Shown: positions 35,035 through 42,236 of the stretch, piece by piece | Numbering within the stretch: position 1 is the stretch's first letter | Layout: every line of letters starts with the position of its first letter | IMG/VR virus record: IMGVR_UViG_3300032334_001259 | Coordinates: 62,001 to 126,000 of that record | Length of the DNA: 64,000 nucleotides | Strand: one strand, 5' to 3' | Notes under the pieces: model-generated | Seen by the model: the letters and a program-made list of their open reading frames with translations, nothing else | Databases searched by the model: none | Told to the model about the DNA's origin: nothing | Program-made: the position numbers and the translations under genes

Positions 35035-35678
35035 AAGGCAAGATAGCGATTTTTGTTGATCACCCAAGAGTTAGCATACATGGTGCTAATGGGTTAATGA
35101 ACGCACTTGCTCAAGATTATCAGTTTAAGATTTTTACAAGACATGATCTTCCATATGATGATTGGTGGGATGATGTTGATATCTGTGCCGTGCCAGGTGG
35201 TATTGGTGATTATATGACATTTAATCGTGTTATGAAACATCATATTCCTAAAATTAAAACATTTCTTGACCGTGGTGGTCGTTATCTTGGTATTTGTATG
35301 GGTGCATATTGGGCTGGCAGTATGTTTCTTGATATACTCAAAGGACGTGATTGTGTTCAATATCTTAGACGCCCTAAAACTGATACACGCCGACCACATG
35401 CAAAAGATTTAGAAGTTACTTGGTTAGGTAATAAAGAAAAGATATTTTGGTATGATGGATGTAGCATTATTGGAAAAGGTAAGTTTGATGTTGTTGCCAC
35501 TTACCCCAATGGTGATGCTATGGCAGGTTACCAAGATCGTATTGGTCTTATCGGCAGTCATCCAGAAGCAGAAAAATTCTGGTATGACGAATATACTTGG
35601 TTGAAGCCAAAGTATGTTGGAAAAGAACACAATCATGAACTATTACATGATTTTGTTGATGAACTTATGAAACGCTAA
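35031..35678 (+). CDS. Class I glutamine amidotransferase-like protein (BPL_N type)
   Basis: VPGG, YLGICMGAY nucleophile elbow, SHPE His-x-Glu. Confidence 0.8.
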   Translation: MKGKIAIFVDHPRVSIHGANGLMNALAQDYQFKIFTRHDLPYDDWWDDVDICAVPGGIGDYMTFNRVMKHHIPKIKTFLDRGGRYLGICMGAYWAGSMFLDILKGRDCVQYLRRPKTDTRRPHAKDLEVTWLGNKEKIFWYDGCSIIGKGKFDVVATYPNGDAMAGYQDRIGLIGSHPEAEKFWYDEYTWLKPKYVGKEHNHELLHDFVDELMKR

Positions 35679-35926
35679 TGATAGAATATATTATTGTATT
35701 TTTATCGATGTTTGTCGTGGATGTATTCTATGCAATATATCTAAAAAGCATTGAAAATAACAAACCTATATTTGCCTCTTTTATGGCTACCATTGTGTTT
35801 TTTGTTGCAAGTATCGCAACAATAGGTTATATTGATAATCACTGGTTACTTGTTCCAGCTTGTTTAGGTGCATTTGCTGGCACATGGGTTGGTGTTATGT
35901 ATAATATTAAAAAGAAGAAAAACTAA
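35678..35926 (+). CDS. Small three-helix membrane protein
   Basis: 82 aa with three hydrophobic segments. Confidence 0.65.
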   Translation: MIEYIIVFLSMFVVDVFYAIYLKSIENNKPIFASFMATIVFFVASIATIGYIDNHWLLVPACLGAFAGTWVGVMYNIKKKKN

Positions 35927-35928
35927 TT

Positions 35929-36006
35929 GGGGAAGTGAGTGCGGAATGGTTACGCCAAGGTCTGCAAAACCTGTTCATGTGGGTTCGAGTCCCATCTTCC
36001 CCTCCA
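35929..36006 (+). tRNA. trnC: tRNA-Cys(GCA)
   Basis: ggggaag/cttcccc acceptor; ct-gca-aa loop; U73; CCA. Confidence 0.9.
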
Positions 36007-36169
36007 TTACTGGAGATAAAGAGATAGATTTGTTAATACACAAAACTCGTATGTGCTTGTGTAACAAATACTACAATCAAGTTTATAAGTACATTTCTAT
36101 CTTAGAAACTAAAAATGTTTTCTTTAATGTAGAAAATAATAAAGAATACCAAGAATGGTTACATAATAC

Positions 36170-36244
36170 GGCTCCATCTTATAATGGTTATTATCCTTGA
36201 CTGTCTATCAGGGGATAGGGGTTCGATTCTCCTTGGAGTCGCCA
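36170..36244 (+). tRNA. trnD: tRNA-Asp(GTC)
   Basis: ggctcca/tggagtc acceptor; ct-gtc-ta loop; G73; CCA. Confidence 0.9.
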
Positions 36245-36255
36245 TAAATAACTAT

Positions 36256-36696
36256 ATGGCACTAGATCCTAAATCCGCACAGAAACTTGGTGAAGCATAT
36301 GGCAAAGGCGTCACCGACGCCGTATTTGGTATTGTTGATGATGTTCGCAATGCGAAAAATATCAAAGCATCAAATAATGCAAAGATTGCCGCAAAAAATA
36401 AAATTACAGAAATCAACAATCAAATAATTCGCAATAATAACGCACTGCGTGAACAAGCAATGCGTGAAATTGCGGCAGAAGCAGAAGCAAGTGCATTAGC
36501 AAAAATGACACCTGCACAACGTCAAGCATATAAAGCAACAAAAGAAGCTAATGCCGCAGCAGCACAACGTGCAGCTAAAGAAGCTAAAAGAAAAAGTGAA
36601 GAGTTTTGGCAGTATTTTTGGGCAATTGTGATTGTTCTAGTCTGCATACCAATTTTAGGTGGTGCTGGCTATCTACTACTTAAATTAGCACACTGA
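36256..36696 (+). CDS. Coiled-coil protein with C-terminal transmembrane helix
   Basis: Start moved to ATG 36256 because the upstream part overlaps tRNA-Asp; CATAAATA late promoter at 36243-36250. Confidence 0.65.
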   Translation: MALDPKSAQKLGEAYGKGVTDAVFGIVDDVRNAKNIKASNNAKIAAKNKITEINNQIIRNNNALREQAMREIAAEAEASALAKMTPAQRQAYKATKEANAAAAQRAAKEAKRKSEEFWQYFWAIVIVLVCIPILGGAGYLLLKLAH

Positions 36697-36741
36697 TTTC
36701 AATTATATCAGTATCTCAATTACATCTATAATTTTCCATGT

Positions 36742-36990
36742 TTGGAGATACTGTTGGATATTCTACCACAAACCTACGATATGGCGTGGGGTCCGTGCTA
36801 TTGGCGGATGCATTATTTTTATCATAATGTAAAAGAATACCATTGGACACAATGGGATGCCAGTGCTGATTATAGCAAACAAAGCATTATGAATGCATGG
36901 GTTGAAGCAAAAAACAAAGCTGATCCAACAATACGAATACGTATAACGTGTCAAAATAACAAATATATTATTTTAGATACACGTCCTTAA
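36742..36990 (+). CDS. Hypothetical protein
   Basis: 82-aa ORF with TTG start. Confidence 0.4.
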   Translation: MEILLDILPQTYDMAWGPCYWRMHYFYHNVKEYHWTQWDASADYSKQSIMNAWVEAKNKADPTIRIRITCQNNKYIILDTRP

Positions 36991-36995
36991 TTTAA

Positions 36996-37072
36996 CCGCC
37001 CATAGATAACGCTGGCTATATCACTGCCCTTTCAAGGCAGAGTAACGAGTTCGACACTCGTTGGGCGGACCA
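36996..37072 (+). tRNA. trnE: tRNA-Glu(TTC)
   Basis: ccgccca/tgggcgg acceptor; ctgcc-ct-ttc-aa-ggcag; CCA. Confidence 0.88.
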
Positions 37073-37125
37073 ATTAATTTGCATATTCTAATAATTTTTG
37101 TTATACTTTCATTATAAGGTGTAAC

Positions 37126-37647
37126 ATGAATACAGAAGAATATGCAGCATTTGAAAAAAGTGCAAGACCAATACTAGAAAGCTATCGTGGTAATATTGAT
37201 TATTATGTTGGCACAATGTATGAAGGTTTTTTAAGTCATCCAAATACAGTTCGTGGTAGTATTGGTGAAGCAATTGTTAGTGCAGATATGTCAAGCCGTG
37301 GACATGTTGTAGAAGATCGTATTAATGCTGGTCATGACAGAATTATTGATGGTATTAAAACAGAAATAAAACACGCAATTCAAGGCAAATTTGGTCCAGA
37401 TAGTCATATTATAAATCATATTAGTGCTGATAAAGATTGGGATAGATTAATATTTTATGGTGTAAACCGTCCATTGGAAGATACACGAAGAGTATGGTTT
37501 ACAAAAGAAGATTTTATTGCAAATATTAACAGTGGTATTTTTCGTCGTCAACAAGGTGGACAAGATGGTGGAAATGATGATTATATGGTTAGCAACACAA
37601 GTAAATTATTGTGTCAACCATGGGTTCATGATATTCAAACTTTTTAA
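37126..37647 (+). CDS. PD-(D/E)XK restriction-endonuclease-like protein
   Basis: GSIGEAIV...GHDRIIDGIKTEIK fits the E...D-x5-7-E-x-K pattern. Confidence 0.65.
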   Translation: MNTEEYAAFEKSARPILESYRGNIDYYVGTMYEGFLSHPNTVRGSIGEAIVSADMSSRGHVVEDRINAGHDRIIDGIKTEIKHAIQGKFGPDSHIINHISADKDWDRLIFYGVNRPLEDTRRVWFTKEDFIANINSGIFRRQQGGQDGGNDDYMVSNTSKLLCQPWVHDIQTF

Positions 37648-37722
37648 TGGCGTGTAGCTCAGTGGTAGTAGCACAGTCCTGATAAGACTGGGGTCATTGG
37701 TTCAAATCCAATCATGCCAACC
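37648..37722 (+). tRNA. trnI: tRNA-Ile(GAT)
   Basis: tggcgtg/catgcca acceptor; cagtc-ct-gat-aa-gactg; CCA. Confidence 0.9.
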
Positions 37723-37729
37723 AAATAAA

Positions 37730-37759
37730 AAATGAGAGGAAATTGCTTTCCTCTCATTT
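37730..37759. terminator. Bidirectional terminator
   Basis: aaatgagaggaaa-ttgc-tttcctctcattt perfect stem between convergent units. Confidence 0.7.
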
Positions 37760-37784
37760 ATTGTAGAATAAACTTTTGGGAAAA

Positions 37785-38018
37785 TTACTTCTTCTGCCAA
37801 ATGTTATAGAGAACCCAAATTGCAATCAAGCCTACAAGACCTTCTGATCCAAGACCTTTTACAATTGATGTAACGTTAGCAATAACGTCTACATTTGGAA
37901 GGAATGGGATTGCTACACCCTTGAAAATTACACTAGTAACAATCATAAGTGCTAGTACACTTAATAGAGTGTCAGCAAGTGCTGAAACCCATGATTTAAC
38001 TGTCTTTAAAATATCCAT
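37785..38018 (-). CDS. Small two-helix membrane protein
   Basis: 77 aa with GGAG RBS and two hydrophobic segments. Confidence 0.7.
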   Translation of the reverse strand: MDILKTVKSWVSALADTLLSVLALMIVTSVIFKGVAIPFLPNVDVIANVTSIVKGLGSEGLVGLIAIWVLYNIWQKK

Positions 38019-38069
38019 TTTATACTTCTCCTAATACCTTTTGTCATAAAAAGGTAATAATATTTATTC

Positions 38070-38146
38070 GCTGTTGGGGCGGTTGTGGAAATCGCACCAC
38101 TCTCATAAGGTGGGAAAAGCTGCTTCGAGTGCAGCCAACAGCACCA
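38070..38146 (+). tRNA. tRNA with CAT anticodon (elongator Met or Ile2/lysidine)
   Basis: gctgttg/caacagc acceptor; ccact-ct-cat-aa-ggtgg; CCA; lacks initiator hallmarks. Confidence 0.85.
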
Positions 38147-38174
38147 TAAGCACAAAGCACCAATTAAATATATT

Positions 38175-38633
38175 ATGAAAAGAATTATTCTAATTTGTTT
38201 GTTATTGTCAGGATGCAACACATTACAAAAAACTAGTGTAGATGTTGTTGGAACTGGTTTATCACATCATTTAATTGAACGGACTAATCCTCCTTATAAT
38301 GAAACCAATAGTGGTGTTGGATTAAGACTTAATTTTAATAATGATACTGCAATACAAAGTGGATTTTACAATAACAGCTATAACAACCAAAGCAATTATG
38401 CAATATTAGATTATTCACCATACAAATTATTAAGACAAAATGATTGTGGAAAAATAGATGTAGGTGGTTTTATAGGAGCAGCAACTGGTTATAAAACATA
38501 TCCAGTTCCAGTTGGTGGTATACAAGGTGCAATTCATTGTGGTGATTTTTATGTGCGTTCAAGGGTAACACCAGCACCAATTGCTGGTGCAGTTTTATCC
38601 GTTGAATTTGGCTATACAATTTTTAAATTTTAG
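38175..38633 (+). CDS. Exported small beta-barrel protein, PagP-like
   Basis: Lipobox LSGC; GLSHH...YNETN.G.G...GFYNNSY...SNY...GG..G.ATGY; C-terminal Phe. Confidence 0.55.
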   Translation: MKRIILICLLLSGCNTLQKTSVDVVGTGLSHHLIERTNPPYNETNSGVGLRLNFNNDTAIQSGFYNNSYNNQSNYAILDYSPYKLLRQNDCGKIDVGGFIGAATGYKTYPVPVGGIQGAIHCGDFYVRSRVTPAPIAGAVLSVEFGYTIFKF

Positions 38634-38791
38634 GGACGACCTTGACCACGATAGGTTTTAGTATTGCGACGAACATGTTTATTTTTAGGACGACTTGCCT
38701 TGGCATGACCTATACTGGTACGTTTTTTAACACTTGCTTTTTTAAATGTAACTTTTTGTGCAGCATTACTTCCACCTTTTGCTTTAGCCAT
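38630..38791 (-). CDS. Small very basic protein ending KTYRGQGRP (not in ORF track)
   Basis: AGGAG RBS; MAKAKGGSNAAQKVTFKKASVKKRTSIGHAKASRPKNKHVRRNTKTYRGQGRP, 53 aa. Confidence 0.75.
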   Translation of the reverse strand: MAKAKGGSNAAQKVTFKKASVKKRTSIGHAKASRPKNKHVRRNTKTYRGQGRP

Positions 38792-38849
38792 GGTTGATCT
38801 CCTATTAAAATATTTACATTAAAATTACAAAATGATACATACAAATATT

Positions 38850-38923
38850 GCGGCTATGATGTAGAGGTAACCTGTCTCGTTGCCAACGAGAATTCACCAG
38901 TTCGATTCTGGTTAGCCGCTCCA
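38850..38923 (+). tRNA. trnG: tRNA-Gly(GCC)
   Basis: gcggcta/tagccgc acceptor; tctcg-tt-gcc-aa-cgaga; U73; CCA. Confidence 0.92.
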
Positions 38924-38936
38924 ATTAAATACCTAC

Positions 38937-39548
38937 ATGGAAGATATAGAAGCAATTTCTTGGAAAAATACTCACAAAGAAGATTTATGGGTATTTGATA
39001 AACTAATTATTGCCAAGAAAATGGGTTATACATGTGGTCCTGTAGGAGTTGATGTGCCTAAACCTGGTTTTTACATTGTGCGCCCGTGTGTCAATATACC
39101 AGGCATGGGACGTGGTGCTAAATTGAGACACCTTATTAAACGAACAAAACACTTACCTACTGGACATTTCTGGTGTGAATCATTCAGTGGTAGACATATA
39201 AGCGTTGATTATAAAAATGGTGAACAAGTGTTAGCAGTAGAAGGATTTCGTAGAGACGGTCATCTTTGGCAGTTTTGCAAATGGGAACGTGTAAATGATG
39301 ATTTGCCATTACCAGAAATATTTCACGACGTAATAAATCGTTATGAATATATCAATGTTGAATATATTGGCGGAAAAGTTATAGAAATTCATTTTCGTCA
39401 TAATCCTGATTTTGTATGGGGCAATAGTGTAGCATATCCAGTTTGGGAAAAAATAGATGTGCGACAATTATATCCAGAAGTTGACTTTGATAGTTTAACT
39501 TTTGTATCATCTCCAGATTATAAACGTTTAGGATTTTATATAGATTAA
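38937..39548 (+). CDS. Conserved phage protein, possible ATP-grasp fold
   Basis: DKLII...GY.CGP, YIVRPC.N..GMG.GA, FWCE.F.G.H.S.D, NVEYIGGK.IE.HFRHNPD. Confidence 0.6.
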   Translation: MEDIEAISWKNTHKEDLWVFDKLIIAKKMGYTCGPVGVDVPKPGFYIVRPCVNIPGMGRGAKLRHLIKRTKHLPTGHFWCESFSGRHISVDYKNGEQVLAVEGFRRDGHLWQFCKWERVNDDLPLPEIFHDVINRYEYINVEYIGGKVIEIHFRHNPDFVWGNSVAYPVWEKIDVRQLYPEVDFDSLTFVSSPDYKRLGFYID

Positions 39549-39553
39549 AATAT

Positions 39554-39628
39554 GCTGGTATGGTGTAATAGTTTGCACATAAGGTTGTGGCACTGGTAGA
39601 GTTAGTTCGAATCTAACAGACGGTGCCA
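39554..39628 (+). pseudogene. Degenerate tRNA-His(GTG)-like gene
   Basis: Intact D arm, T arm (gttag-ttcgaat-ctaac), tt-gtg-gc loop and CCA; acceptor and anticodon stems poorly paired. Confidence 0.6.
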
Positions 39629-39671
39629 TTAAAATTTGACTATTGTCAAATATATGATATATTTAAAATAT

Positions 39672-39744
39672 TGCGGGGTAGTGGAAAAGTGCCACGGTTG
39701 GCTCATAACCAACAAAACTGGAGCGTTACCAGCGACCGCAACCA
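39672..39744 (+). tRNA. trnM: tRNA-Met(CAT), initiator-like, atypical T loop
   Basis: tgcgggg...gaccgca-A-CCA; gttgg-ct-cat-aa-ccaac; T loop AGCGTTA. Confidence 0.75.
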
Positions 39745-39750
39745 ATTTAT

Positions 39751-39826
39751 CTCTGTGGAGTTAGGGTAAGATTAATGCGGCACTTGGACTGCCGAGAACC
39801 TGGGGCAGCGCCAGGCACGGAGACCA
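39751..39826 (+). tRNA. trnP: tRNA-Pro(TGG), atypical T loop
   Basis: ctctgtg/cacggag acceptor; cggca-ct-tgg-ac-tgccg; T arm cctgg-GGCAGCG-ccagg; CCA. Confidence 0.8.
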
Positions 39827-39914
39827 TCTAGAAGGCAAGATACACGTATTACTAAGTGGGTGTATCACATCGTGGGCGTGTTGGAGTGGGGCTGCACGAT
39901 GATTAGCTGATTTT

Positions 39915-39998
39915 GGATCGGTTACCGTAGTGGCGAACGGCCTAGGCTTTTAACCTAGTATACAAACATCATGGGTTCGAGTCCCATCCGATCCTCCA
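39915..39998 (+). tRNA. trnK: tRNA-Lys(TTT) with enlarged variable region
   Basis: ggatcgg/ccgatcc acceptor; ctagg-ct-ttt-aa-cctag; 12-nt variable loop; U73; CCA. Confidence 0.85.
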
Positions 39999-40006
39999 AA
40001 AATATG

Positions 40007-40041
40007 GGTAGAGCATAAATATAATAAAAGGATGCTCTACC
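40007..40041 (+). promoter_or_regulatory. Hairpin next to the RBS with an embedded late promoter, upstream of the HNH gene
   Basis: ggtagagcat (40007-40016) pairs with atgctctacc (40032-40041); CATAAATA at 40014-40021; AAAGGA RBS at 40027-40032. Confidence 0.7.
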
Positions 40042-40042
40042 T

Positions 40043-40471
40043 ATGCCAAGTAAAATAAAAAGTTTTTGTAAAAATTGTGGTGTCAGTTTTATACACGGAA
40101 AAAGTTCATATGGAATATATTGTAGTAATAGGTGTCAGGGGGAACTAAAATCTAAAACAATTATAGAAAATTGGTTTAATGGAACAGATAAAGGATATAA
40201 AGTAGGATTTAGAATTAAACCTGCTATAAGAAATTATCTGTTAGAAAAAACTAATTATAGTTGCTCCGAATGTGGGTGGAATAAAATAAACCCAAAAACT
40301 GGAAAATCTCCATTAGAAATTGATCACATTGACGGAGATTGTTCAAATAATAAAGAAGAAAATTTAAGAGTTCTTTGTCCTAATTGCCATTCTTTAACGC
40401 CAACATGGAAAGCATTAAACAAAGGAAATGGAAATAAAGAAAGTCATAGATATTCTGGTCTTATAAAATAA
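40043..40471 (+). mobile_element. Free-standing HNH homing endonuclease gene
   Basis: Zn-ribbon CxxC...YCSNRC; CSECG; LEIDHIDG..SNN.EENLRVLCPNCH. Confidence 0.88.
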
Positions 40472-40548
40472 GCCTACGTAGTTCAATGGATTAGAATGAC
40501 GGTCTTCGAAACCGTGGGTTACAGGTTCAAGTCCTGTTGGGTCTACCA
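40472..40548 (+). pseudogene. Chimeric tRNA-Arg(TCG): duplicated 5' part joined to a foreign T arm/acceptor 3' strand
   Basis: First 49 nt match 41266-41314 with one mismatch; 3' strand tgggtct does not pair with gcctacg. Confidence 0.75.
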
Positions 40549-41223
40549 ATTATTAATATCTTCTTCTATTTCATTAAATCCAACTTGATTTGATTTGGCA
40601 CCCATTTTATGGTTTGCCTTCCACCAATTTTTCCAAACATTATAAATTCTATCTTTATTAAGTGGATTTAAGTTAAAAAATTCAAGAGATTTGTTAATTT
40701 CAATTGTAAATTTATTTCCATTTAAAAACGCAGAGTGTGGAAATTTAAAATAATTTTTATTTTTTTCATCTAAAAATCTGATTAATTCTTTTTCATACTT
40801 AATTTGTGCATCAACCATGTTATCATCTGAACCACTACTTTCTACAAAGTTTCTTCTGAATAAAAGCCATTTAGTTTCTTTTTCATTAGATAAATCCCAA
40901 TCAATGTAAATTAATTTTTCAAAATTTAACCATTCATTAAATGAAAAAAATCTTGGATGAGCTGCTGTTATGTTTTTATGAAATTTACCTTCATATGCTT
41001 TTCTCCATGCAAATTTTGGAATATTAGGTGCTTCTGCTGAATATATTTCATCTAATTTATTAAAAAAATCTGGTCCAAAATACTTCTCACTACAACTTAG
41101 AATATTAGCAAGTAAATGTCCACCAGTCATAGGAAAATAAGCAATTAATAAACTATCTTTGTGTGGTATTCTTTGAACAGAAAGTAAATTTTCAATAGGA
41201 GTAAATGGCCATGTGTTTATCAT
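40543..41223 (-). CDS. Hypothetical protein, sulfotransferase-like P-loop fold
   Basis: 226 aa, very AT-rich; IAYFPMTGGHLLANIL resembles a PAPS-binding/P-loop start; flanked by the tRNA-Arg repeats. Confidence 0.55.
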   Translation of the reverse strand: MINTWPFTPIENLLSVQRIPHKDSLLIAYFPMTGGHLLANILSCSEKYFGPDFFNKLDEIYSAEAPNIPKFAWRKAYEGKFHKNITAAHPRFFSFNEWLNFEKLIYIDWDLSNEKETKWLLFRRNFVESSGSDDNMVDAQIKYEKELIRFLDEKNKNYFKFPHSAFLNGNKFTIEINKSLEFFNLNPLNKDRIYNVWKNWWKANHKMGAKSNQVGFNEIEEDINNW

Positions 41224-41265
41224 GCAATATTTAATTTAAATATTTTATCTAATAAAAAAATAATT

Positions 41266-41342
41266 GCCTACGTAGTTCAATGGATAAGAATGACGGTCTT
41301 CGAAACCGTGGGTTGGGGGTTCGAATCCCTCCGTAGGCTCCA
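41266..41342 (+). tRNA. trnR: tRNA-Arg(TCG)
   Basis: gcctacg/cgtaggc acceptor; acggt-ct-tcg-aa-accgt; CCA. Confidence 0.9.
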
Positions 41343-41352
41343 AAAAATAATG

Positions 41353-41382
41353 CTTGACATAATTGTAAAGTTGATATATATT
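41353..41382 (+). promoter_or_regulatory. Sigma70-type promoter for the distal tRNAs
   Basis: CTTGACA-17 nt-TATATT. Confidence 0.6.
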
Positions 41383-41399
41383 ATGAATATAATAGTTAT

Positions 41400-41475
41400 T
41401 CCCGAATAGCTCAACTGGCAGAGCACAGTGCTGTTAACACTGGGGTTACTTGTTCGAATCAAGTTTCGGGAGCCA
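41400..41475 (+). tRNA. trnN: tRNA-Asn(GTT)
   Basis: tcccgaa/ttcggga acceptor; cagtg-ct-gtt-aa-cactg; G73; CCA. Confidence 0.92.
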
Positions 41476-41480
41476 CTTTT

Positions 41481-42107
41481 TTAAAACGCTAATGGATAAA
41501 AATACCAAATACCATCAGCAAGTAGGGCAAGTCCAACTAAACCTACAGCAATACTACCGCCCCATAACAGTATGTTAGCACCAAGTATAGCAGTAGTGCT
41601 TAATACAATTGCAATTTGAAATGCCGTACTTGCCAATCCAAATAGTGGATTACGTTGTTTAGCAGCATCACGTTCTGCTTCAAGTTCTCGTGCTTCTGCC
41701 ATAATTTCTTTTTTTCCATGACCTTTTGGATCACTTTCAAGTTTATCAATAACGGCTTGATAACGTGATGCACGTTCTGCTAATATCTTTTTAACATTTG
41801 CTGGTGTAGATGGGTCTTCTAGTTGTGCTTTAGTATCTTCTAAATCTACATAATATAAGTTTTGTTTAATGCTTTTTGCTTGATAAAAAGCCCATGCATT
41901 TGTTACTTCTATATTTGTTTCCATAATTCTTGTAGCATTTTTACCACCAAAAAGTGTGCATACCGATAATATCATTGCAAATACGGTAATGGTAATTGTA
42001 GAAAGTTTTCTTATCTTTGCTTCTTTATCAGCAAGTTTATCTATATCACCTTCTTTACGAGTTTTAAGATATGTGTTTACAGTGTTTTGAAATTGTTTGA
42101 TGTCCAT
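41481..42107 (-). CDS. DUF4337-like membrane protein
   Basis: TM helix, NAWAFYQAKSIKQ, coiled coil, two C-terminal TM helices; start moved to MDIKQF because the longer ORF overlaps tRNA-Leu. Confidence 0.7.
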   Translation of the reverse strand: MDIKQFQNTVNTYLKTRKEGDIDKLADKEAKIRKLSTITITVFAMILSVCTLFGGKNATRIMETNIEVTNAWAFYQAKSIKQNLYYVDLEDTKAQLEDPSTPANVKKILAERASRYQAVIDKLESDPKGHGKKEIMAEARELEAERDAAKQRNPLFGLASTAFQIAIVLSTTAILGANILLWGGSIAVGLVGLALLADGIWYFYPLAF

Positions 42108-42156
42108 GGTATTTTTCTCTTGACTATATGTGATATTTAGGATATATATAATACAT

Positions 42157-42234
42157 GCCCTACTAGCCCAACTGGTTAGAGGTGCTTGCCTTAGAAGCAA
42201 GAGGTTCTCCGTTCGAATCGGAGGTGGGGCACCA
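42157..42234 (+). tRNA. trnL: tRNA-Leu(TAG) without a long variable arm
   Basis: gccctac/gtggggc acceptor; cttgc-ct-tag-aa-gcaag; 5-nt variable loop; A73; CCA. Confidence 0.85.
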
Positions 42235-42236
42235 AT

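Noticed and set aside
35868-36200. 110-aa ORF from the track
   Set aside because: Reads through tRNA-Cys and tRNA-Asp; no credible start, so most likely a spurious frame
39999-40471. Group I intron carrying the HNH gene
   Set aside because: No interrupted host gene and no recognisable P/Q/R/S core; the HNH appears free-standing
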